64,000 nucleotides of DNA from NCBI GenBank assembly GCA_043228905.1, contig JBHGNT010000004.1, positions 19,344,001 through 19,408,000 on the forward strand, read 5' to 3'. Positions 21,972 through 32,136 of this stretch are shown piece after piece. A program made the translations under genes and the position numbers. The stretch's first letter is position 1, and each line of letters opens with the position of its first letter. This DNA comes from Azolla caroliniana. Its lineage: Eukaryota; Plantae; Polypodiophyta. Below the pieces are notes generated by a model. It ran no database searches. It saw only the letters and a program-made list of their open reading frames with translations, and was not told where the DNA came from.

Positions 21972-24769
21972 ATCATTCGGAATAGGTATGCACTTCCTGT
22001 TATATCAAGTCTTTTAGAGCGAGTTAATGGTCCCAAGTTGTTTACAAAAATTGATCTACGAGGAGCGTATAAACTCGTGCGGATCCGACCAGGAGATGAA
22101 TGGAAGACCGCCTTTTGCACACGGTGTGGGCATTTCGAATATACTGTTATGCCATTCGGTCTAACCAATGCACCCACAATCTTCCAACACATGGCAAATG
22201 ATATATTCAAAGAACTCTTGGATATCTGTTTGATCATTTATCTGGATGATCTATTGATTTATTCGAAGACCCAGGAAGAGCACGATTCTCATGTACTATT
22301 AGTACTAAAACAACTCCGCGAGAATGGTCTTTATGCCAAGCTAGAAAAATGTAGCTTTGATTGCAAGCAAGTGGAATTTCTAGGCTACGTCATCTCCTTA
22401 AAGGGCATCTCCATGGATCCAGCTAAAGTCCAGTGCTAGAATGGCAAATTCCACGGTCGGTACGAGATGTACAATGTTTTCTAGGTTTTGCTAACTTCTA
22501 CCGCAAGTTTATACAGGATTACTCGAAGATTATTTTACCTCTCACACAACTTACGAAGAAGGGACAAGCATTTCTTTGGTCCAATGTAGCGGAAATGGCT
22601 TTTCGGCATCTTAAGAAAGCCTTTACATCAGGTCCTATTCTAGCTCATGTAGATACAAAGAAACCATTCATCATGGAGGCCGACGCATCGGATTTCTCCC
22701 TCGATAGCATCCTTTCTCAACAAGGAGATAAAGAAGAGTTACATCCTGTGGCTTTCCATTCGCGCAAATTCGATGCCGCGGAAATCAACTACGAAATACA
22801 TGACAAGGAGTTATTAGCCATGGTGGATTCCTTTGTGCAATGGGGGCATTTCTTAATGGGCTCTCGACATCAGGTCATCGTCTTTAGTGATCACAAAAAC
22901 CTTGCTTATTTCCAGAACGCTCGGGTGCTAAATCGACGACAAGCTCTATGGGCTCAATTCCGCACGCGTGTTGACTTCAAAATCACATATCGACCGGGGA
23001 AGTAGCAAGGAAAAGCAGATGCGCTATCACGACGTTCATATCATGCACCTCGTCCTGGTGATCCAACGTTTGATAATCAAAAGAAAGTAATCTTGGGACC
23101 AACACGATTGTATACAACGCGGTTTTTTCACACCCCAATGGATTCCTGTATTACCAATGCCATACGTGAGAACTTGAAGACAGACAATTTTGCTCAAGAC
23201 ATTCTGGCACACATTGATACCTCTCGGGCATCCTGTCCCCAATCTCAACAACCAGGTATGGACTACCGACAATTCGAATATCATGATGGTTTGTTATTCT
23301 TTAAGAAGCTTGTATATGTCCTCGATTGCTTCTGTCGCCTTCAAATTGTCCAAAACTGCCACGACACCTATACGGCGGGACATTTCGGTAGTACTAAAAC
23401 CTTGGATCTCGTTCAACGATCTTTTTGGTGGCCCCATATGCGACATTTTGTCGACGACTACGTTCGGAGTTGTGATGCTTGCTGCCAAGCAAAGGAGCCC
23501 CAACACCATCCATATGGCTTGTTGGAACCCTTACCGATTCCAAGTAAGCTGTGGCAGTCTATTTGTCTTGATTTTATCACAGATCTGCCGGTTTCGATGG
23601 GGTTCGATGCTATATTAACCGTCGTCGATGGATATACTAAGATGGCACATTTTGTGCCGTGTACTAAGGCCATCACTAGCGAGGAAACCGCCGCCCTTGT
23701 CATGCGTGAGGTATTTCGGCATCATGGCCTCCCAAACAGTATCATTAGTGACCGAGGACCTCAATTCGTCTCCAAATTTTGGCAGCATCTTTTCACGATG
23801 CTCAAGGTCTCTTGCAACCTCCCCTCCGGCTACCATCCCCAGACCGATGGGCAGGCGAAACGAACAAAACAAACGTTGGAACAATATCTCCGGTGTTTTC
23901 TGAGTTATCAATAGGACGATTGGGCTGAGATTCTCCACTTTGTGGAGTTTGCATATAATAATGCTGTTCACTCGACTCGGGTCTCCCCATTTTACGCTTA
24001 TATACCGGTTCTCATCCTCGTTGGTCGGTGATCAACACCCCAGAGCTACCTACCAATCCTCGTGCCGAGGATCATTTGGAGATGCTACGCAAGATCCAGA
24101 TGGATCTCTCTACTCATCTTCGTCATGCTCAACACACATAGAAGAATTATGCGGATCGTCATCGGCTTCCCTCCTCTTTTGCCATCGGAGATCGAGTATG
24201 ACTCTTACGTCGTCACATCAAGACTACTCGATCGTGCGACAAGTTGGATTATCGACGACTCGGTCCTTTCCGTATTACTAGTAAGGTTAATGATGTCACA
24301 TTTCGTCTTGATCTCCCTACGCATCTTTAGATGCATCTGGTTTTCCATAGCCGATCGTGTTATACCACCACCACCCCCACTTGAGTTGGAAGCCGGCCCG
24401 GAGTATGAAGTTGCTGCCGTCCTCGATTCCAAACTTGTTCACAACAAACTTTATTATTTGGTCGATTGGCTCGGTTATAGTCCGAGCAAACGTACTTGGG
24501 AACCCGTCGAGCATGTTGCCAATGCTCAGGATCTTCTTGCTGAGTTCCACCGAAAGTATCCGAACAAACCCGGTCCGCAATCAGCGCCGACTCGTTCCAC
24601 TCGCCGTCTTAAGGGGGAGATACTGTCATGATATGGCAATACTCGAACCCATGATCTTATGTTATATGGGTCGAGCTCTTGACGATTATACCATCTATTG
24701 TAATACGTAGGATATTATTTTCATTTAAGTTTTATTATAGGAAATTAATGTAAATTCCAGATTTCTCTG

Positions 24770-24787
24770 GAACATTCTAGAAGCTTC
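24770..24787. promoter_or_regulatory. Four-unit heat-shock element ~20 bp upstream of the LTR TATA box (also 45438-45455, 59110-59127)
   Basis: GAAcaTTCtaGAAgcTTC matches the alternating nGAAn consensus; TATAAAA at 24808. Confidence 0.7.
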
Positions 24788-26331
24788 AGGATTTCTCTTG
24801 AGAACACTATAAAAGAAGGCACTAGGCATTATTTTGAACCAAATTGGTTCAACGCCAGTCTTAAACCTTATAGCCATCTTGTACTTACTCTTCCTATAAT
24901 ATATCATCTATTATCATCATCATCTCTCTCTCTCTATCTTCTTTTCTCTTTCCTCCCTCTCGAGAGTCTTATGTAGTCCCGTCCTCTTAGTACTAATAGT
25001 ACCTCCCTTCTCTAGTACTAATTCTGTTTATGTTTTAGTACTATTCCTGACATCACCCGTCCTAACTTTGACCAACCATTCACATTGCAAATAGACGCCT
25101 CAAACCATTGGTTAGGACCTGTCCTCCTGCAAGCCGATTGCCATAGGCAAGAAAAGGCGAGCACTTTCATTAGACGAACTCTCGCGCTGGCTGAACGCAA
25201 CTACTCAACCACCGAGAAGGACCTACTTGTGATCGTCTGGTCTTTCCAATGTCTTCACCCATACCTTCATGGCGGGAAGCTGACGGTTGAGACTAACCAC
25301 CAACCTTTGCTTTCTCTTATCTATCAACCTCACCCCTTGGGTTGCTTGTTGCGATGGACGCTGGCACTCCAAGATGACCAGTTTACCCTCTCCTATCAGA
25401 AAGGTGTAACCAATTTGGTCAATGATAGTCTCTCTCGGGCCGACTTCCAAGCTGTCCAATTTCTCCCCGAGACATCCGATCTTCCGTTGCCACTGCCACA
25501 ACTTGTTACACTTTAGCAACACGACCCCACCATCCAAGAGATAACCCATTAGTTGTGCTCCCTCCAACCATTTCCCTCACAACGATGGTTCATGCTCCGC
25601 TACATCCCTCATGCCCTACAACAAACATACCTCCAATTTTATGACGACCACCCACTGTTGGGCCATCTGGGTTTCCACAAGGTTCTCGAAAAATTACGCC
25701 TTAGGTATTATTGGCCCAACATGTGACACTCTATCTCTACCTACATCAAACAATGTGCTTTGTGTCAACACATCAAACCTACGGGCAAGCCCGTTGGAAT
25801 GCTCCAACCCATCACTATCACATCACCTTTCGAGATTGTCAGATGGGATTTCATGGGACCTTTTCCCAAAACCCCCAGGGGACAAGTGTATCCTAGTCAT
25901 AACAAAATACCTCACAAGATGGGTTGAAACCATTGTCATCCCTAACGTCACTACGCCTACAGTCGCCAGCATGGTTGCCTTGTCCAACTCTTATCTGATC
26001 AAGGTTGCTAGTTCCATGGGATGTTCTCAACGTTGTTGCAACTTAAGTAGGTGTCCAACAGGTGTTTATGTCCCCATACCATCTACAAACAAATGGCCTC
26101 ACCGAACGTCTCAACAAGACCCTCAAGTGGGAGATTGCCTCTTACATCAATCCATGCCACAAAACCTGGGATCAAATCTTGCATTTCATCACCCACGCCT
26201 ACCATACATCCATACATTTGTACAAGCGTTGTCATGAAGATTTTCGGCGATGTTGTTCTCTGACCGGACAACGCCTAACACAAGGTGTCGCGGAGACACT
26301 TCACCAAAGGGTGATTACGGCAAAGGATTAT

Positions 26332-29300
26332 TGTTGAAAAACCGTGCTCAGCCAGAGCCGAGGAATAGGATCAACTCACAGAAAACAGGAAATACAACAA
26401 TGCACGAAGACAATAGAGAGAAGGGCACACTGGATGTTTTACGTGGAGAAACCCTAAATGGAAAAAAAAAAACCACGGGAGTGCAAGACTCCAACTATCA
26501 CTATACGCGGAATGTACAATGGCGAGCTGCAAGGCGACGACCTTGAGCTCGCTGTCCTCGCCACAGGCGGCGGTATTACACAGAGGCGTCGACCTCTTCC
26601 TTCCTCCTTCTCTCTCACTCTCTCACGGCTGCTCTCTCTTCACTCCTCTTGAGTGGAAAAACAGAAAAATGAGTAGCAACACTAAACTGTTTTGCCCTAA
26701 GTCATATTTATACACATATGACTTTCGGGCTATTTACAAATATAGCCTCAAGGGCTCTTGGCAAACATATTCACAAATATGTCCCCGCATCCGGATCTCT
26801 CTCTGGGTACATTCGTCATCCGGCTCCGTAGCCGGGTCTTCGTCATCCGGCTCCGTAGCCGAGGTCTTCATCATCCGTCTCCGTAACCGGGCACTCTTCA
26901 TCCTCCGATTCCGTAACCGCAACCGGGCTTGCCGTCATTCATCTCCGGACATCCCATCCGGAGGGACCGAAATCTCAACAAACTCCCCCTTCACTTCGGC
27001 ATGGGATGTCTCTCCAGTCCGATCCTCTTCCGGCATGCTTCCAGCTTGTCGGGTGTGAGCACCTTGGTCAGCATATCCGACCCGTTCTCGTCCGTGTGGA
27101 CCTTCGTCAGCACGAACTCCTTGTCTTCTATCCTTTCCCGGATCCAGTGATATCTTCGCTGGATGTGCTTCGTCCGGGAGTGATAAGCCGCGTTCTTCGC
27201 AAGGTGGATGGCACTCTGACTGTCGCAGTAGAGTCGGTACTCCTCCTGCTGGATACCGAGCTCTCTAATGAAGTCCTTCATCCATATTATTTCCTTGCCG
27301 GCTTCAACAACCGCCATGTACTCCGCCTCCGTGGTTGACAACGCAACCGTCTTCTGCAGCCTCGACTGCCACGAAACAGCTCCCCCTGCATACGTCATCA
27401 CATACCCTGATGTGGACCGGCTGGTATCTTCATCAGCCGACATATCCGAATCGGTAAAGCCGTCGAGTTCGGGCTTACCGGAGCCGAATCGGAGGCACAC
27501 GTTTGCCGTGCCCTTCAGGTATCGGAGTATCCACTTGACCGCGTTCCAGTGGTCTTTGCCGGGATTACTCATGTACCGGCTCACCACTCCGACTGCGTAT
27601 CCTATGTCCGGTCTGGTACACACCATTGCGTACATCAAGCTTCCGACGGCAGAGGCATATGGTACTTTCATCATGTCCTCCTTCTCAGCCTTTGTCTTGG
27701 GGCTTTGCTTGCTGGACAACTTGCAGTTTGCCGGGAGGGTTGACCCGACCGGTCTTGCTTCCGACATGTTGAACCGTTGAAGCACCTTTGTCACGTACTT
27801 CTCCTGTGACAGCCACAACTGCTTCTTCTTCCGGTCCCGGATGATGTGCATCCCTAATATTTGCCTCGCCGGACCCAAGTCCTTCATTGAGAAGGTTCGG
27901 TGAAGAGCCTTCTTCAGCATCCGTATCTTGACCTGGTCCCGTCCGACGATCAACATGTCGTCCACGTACAGGAGGAGTATTAGAAAGTCTCCTCCTTCGA
28001 ACTTCTTCACAAACACGCAGTGGTCGGACTGCGTTTTGAGGTACCCTTCGTCGGTCATGAAGGAGTCGAACTTCCGGTACCATTGCCGGGGAGCCTGCTT
28101 CAGTCCGTAAAGGCTCTTCTTCAACCGGCATACCAGGTGCTCCTTCCCTTTCTTCTCGAATCCTTCCGGTTGCTGCATGTAGATTTCTTCTTCGAGGTCA
28201 CCGTGAAGGAATGCCGTCTTCACGTCCATCTGTTCTACTTCGAGGTCCATGCTTGCCGCTATGCTCAGCACCGTCCGGATGGAGGTCATCTTCACTACCG
28301 GGGCAAATATCTCGTCGAAGTCGACGCCCTTCTTCTGCTGAAACCCCTTCACCACGATCCTGGCTTTGTATCTCGGGGGGTTTCCGGCATCTCCCGGTTT
28401 CAGTTTGAACACCCACTTGTTACGGAGTGCCCGTTTTCCTTTCGGCAGCTCCACAAGTTCATATGTGTGGTTCTCATGCAGGGAATCCATCTCGTCCTGC
28501 ATGGCACTCAACCACCTGCGGCTCTGGGTGTCATGCTTTGCTTCTTCAAAGCTCTCCGGCTCCCCCTCGTCGGTTAGCAGCACGTGCTCTGGTTCCGGAA
28601 ATCTCCGGGGGGCCCTTCTCTCCATAGAGGATATCTCCGTTCCGGAGCTTCGGTAACCGGTTCTTCCGATTCTTCTTCATCCGAATCCATTTCGGGATCG
28701 GGGCCGGTCCCGGTATCATTTTCATCTTCTTCGGCCGGTTCTGTTTCTTCACCGTCTTCGGCCGGATCCTCGAGTGCTAACCGGTCCCTTGCCGGTCGGG
28801 ATTGCTCCTCGTAGAGTTGATCCTCACCGGTCGACTTGGAGCTCTTCATCTTCTTCTCCGACTCCAAGTCGGCGAGTGTCTTGTCCTCCATGAAGATGAT
28901 GTCTCGACTCCTGAATATCTTCTTGTTGACCGGGTCCCATACTCGGTAGCCGAACTCGTCGTCGCCGTAACCGAGGAATATGCATGGCCGGGTCTTTGGA
29001 TCTAGCTTTCCTCTCCGGTCCTTTGCCACATGCACGTAGGCGAGACACCCGAACACCTTCAGATGCCGGTAGGACACTTCCTTACCGGTCCACACTTTCT
29101 GCGGCGTGTCTCCGTCCAAAGGTACTGAGGGTGATCTGTTTATCACGTATGCCGCCGTCGACATTGCCTCAGCCCAAAACCCCTTGGGTAATTTCGCATG
29201 CGCCAGCATACTCCGGACCCTCTCCATTATGGTCCGGTTCATCCTCTCGGCCAGCCCGTTCAGTTCCGGCGTCTTCGGCACAGTAAACTCGAGCCGGATT

Positions 29301-31741
29301 CCCTTCGAGCGACAATACTCCTGGAACTGCCCCCGGTATTCCCCTCCGTTATCCGCTCGTATCGCTTTCAGCTTCTTGCCGGATTCCCTTTCCACTCTCG
29401 CGTGGAGTTCTTTGAAGACGGACAATACTTGGTCCTTTGTCTTCAACGGTGCTGTCCACAGCTTCCGGCTGTGATCATCAATGAAAGTCACGAAGTACTG
29501 GGCTCCGCCATGTGACTTCGTTTCTACCTGACACACATCAGTGTGCACCAACTCCAATGGTGCGCTACGTCTCGTCGGTGGCCTTGAGTGGAAGGAGGTT
29601 CGGTTCTGCTTACCGGCCAGGCAATCGGTGCACTTCTCCAGATGCACATGCTTCACTGGAATGAGGTTGTCTTCTGCAAGCCTCTTCATCCCCTTCTCGC
29701 TCATGTGGCACAGTCTCTTGTGCCACAGCTCACCGGCAGTGTCGGCTGCCACGTTCAGCTCCTCCGGACGTAGCCGGGAATTCATCAGGTACAGGGTGTT
29801 GACCTTCCGGGGCCGAGCCACTATCAGGCTCCCCTTGCTGAACTTCATGACACCGTTCCGGATGCTACCCGTGTAGCCTTCATCATCTAGCCTCCCGGCC
29901 GAGATCAGGTTCAATCGGACCTCCGGAACGTGTCGCACATCCTTCAACAGCATCTTGCATCCGGTTGATGTCAACAGCCACACGTCTCCTATGCCGGCAA
30001 TCCGGCATGTGCCTTCATTTCCCATCCGGACACAGCCGTGCTCACCGGTTGTGTAGGATGAGAAGTATTTCTTCTCCGGGGTCAGGTGGAACGACGCTCC
30101 GGAATCAACCACCCAGGTCGTCTCTACACCGGCAAGGTTCAGCTCCCTCTCTTCGGTAATGAGCATGATTTCTTCCTCACTTGCCGCGAGTGCCGTCGTT
30201 CCTTTCCGGTCCTGCCCTCGCCGATCCGAACCTCTCCAGTCCGTGGCTCCCCGGTATGCACCGTTTCTCTCCGGTGACTTCTTCGAATCGGTGTCGTCGG
30301 CTCCGTTGTCCTTTCGGTAATGCCGACAATTCTTCCGGAAGTGCCCCGGCTTCCCACAGTGGAAGCATGTTGGCCTTCCTCTTGACTGCGACCGGGTCCC
30401 CGACTTCTCCCGTCTTTGCGGACTCCGGTTCCATTGTCTTCCCCGATCCGATTCGGTAAGCAGCGCCTTCGAGTCGGAGGCCGGTTCTTTATCTCTCCGA
30501 CGCGCTTCTTCGTTCAAAATACTTGTCTTTACCGTTTGTAAGGACAAGTTATCTTCTGTGCAGGAGGTGCTGAGAGTCACCACCAAGTTCTCCCAGCTTT
30601 CCGGCAATGTACACATCAGAATGATGGCTTGCATTGCATCCTCCAGCGGGAACTTGATCGCCGCAAGCTGGTTCACGAATCCCATGAACGTGCTTACGTG
30701 TTCCACCATACTCTCGCCGTCCCGGTACTTGAGGTTCACTATCTTCCTCATCAGGGAGGTCCGGTTCAACGCATTCTTCCTCTCGTAGAGGCCCGACAGC
30801 TTCTTCCACATCTCATATGCGTTGGTGTCGTTTGCCACATGTTGTAGGACGCTTACATCGACATATTGTCGGATCGTCGCTACGGCTTTCCGGTTCAGGA
30901 GCTTCCACTCCGACTCAAGTACCCCCTTCGGTATTTCCGACCTGTCAATCGGTTCGTACAGGTCCCGAACAATCAGAAGATCCTCCATCTTGATCTTCCA
31001 GTCGGCGTAATTCTGCGCATTCAGCACCATCATCCCCGGCTGCCCGCTGCCGCCGCCTTCCATTTTCTGCAGCAGTTCGCTCTGATACCAGTTTGTTGAA
31101 AAACCGTGCTCAGCCAGAGCCGAGGAATAGGATCAACTCACAGAAAACAGGAAATACAACAATGCACGAAGACAATAGAGAGAAGGGCACACTGGATGTT
31201 TTACGTGGAGAAACCCTAAATGGGAAAAAAAAACCACGGGAGTGCAAGACTCCAACTATCACTATACGCGGAATGTACAATGGCGAGCTGCAAGGCGACG
31301 ACCTTGAGCTCGCTGTCCTCGCCACAGGCGGTGGTATTACACAGAGGCGTCGACCTCTTCCTTCCTCCTTCTCTCTCACTCTCTCACGGCTGCTCTCTCT
31401 TCACTCCTCTTGAGTGGAAAAACAGAAAAATGAGTAGCAACACTAAACTGTTTTGCCCTAAGTCATATTTATACACATATGACTTTCGGGCTATTTACAA
31501 ATATAGCCTCAAGGGCTCTTGGCAAACATATTCACAAATATGTCCCCGCATCCGGATCTCTCTCCGGGTACATTCGTCATCCGGCTCCGTAGCCGGGTCT
31601 TCGTCATCCGGCTCCGTAGCCGAGGTCTTCATCATCCGTCTCCGTAACCGGGCACTCTTCATCCTCCGATTCCGTAACCGCAACCGGGCTTGCCGTCATT
31701 CATCTCCGGACATCCCATCCGGAGGGACCGAAATCTCAACA
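26332..31741 (-). mobile_element. Young full-length Ty1/copia element (Tnt1/Tork-like) inserted in the 3' LTR of C
   Basis: TSD ATTAT. LTRs 26332-26980 and 31094-31741 are near-identical. PBS TGGTATCAGAGC (tRNA-iMet) at 31079-31090; PPT AGGGGGAG. Confidence 0.97.
26991..31063 (-). pseudogene. gag-pol: Copia Gag-PR-INT-RT-RH polyprotein with a single frameshift near 28620
   Basis: CFHCGKPGHFRKNC, WVVDSGAS, LWHKRLCH, ADNGGEY, LYVDDML and ALSTTEAEY motifs. Two overlapping ORFs (28574-31063 and 26991-28625). Confidence 0.92.
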
Positions 31742-32136
31742 ATTATGACTCAAAGATTACACCGACTTACGTAGGTTACACGATTAGAGCGCTTTTGTTA
31801 ATTACACGCGTAAGATATAACAGTAATTACAGAACGGAAATCAACATAGAAGTATAAACACCATATGCTCTATTAATTATCCGCTGCGATTACAATGGGC
31901 TCCGGGCCTTTAAATAGGTTTCCGGTCCGTAGTACAAAACGGTGCCTATCGCACCTATTCGGGATCCGTCCGGATCTGGAACGGCATACCGTTTCCAGTC
32001 CGTCCGTCCACACTATGCTTATTTACAACCATACTTAATTAATTCCTTCACTCCGTATTTTGGACTCCTTGCCGGCCGGTAACACATGGCACGCCCGTGG
32101 GACAGTACCTTGTACGTCGAACCCTTCTCGGCCCCT

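Larger units (their letters stand above)
20115..25052 (+). mobile_element. Element B: degenerate Tcn1/sushi-like chromovirus with a 360-bp 5' duplication and an internal deletion
   Basis: TSD TCACC. LTRs 20115-20570 and 24624-25052. PBS GTTTGAACCAATTT; PPT AAGGGGGAGATAC. Fragmented gag, RT, RH, INT and chromodomain. Confidence 0.93.

Noticed and set aside
26519-27058. ORFs in the copia LTRs and the many antisense ORFs across GC-rich elements (also 31220-31774, 38954-39718, 56257-57735)
   Set aside because: Shadow ORFs of GC-rich or repetitive sequence with no motifs.
28574-28625. Programmed frameshift between copia INT and RT
   Set aside because: Copia polyproteins are normally one frame and no slippery site is evident; a 1-bp deletion is more likely.
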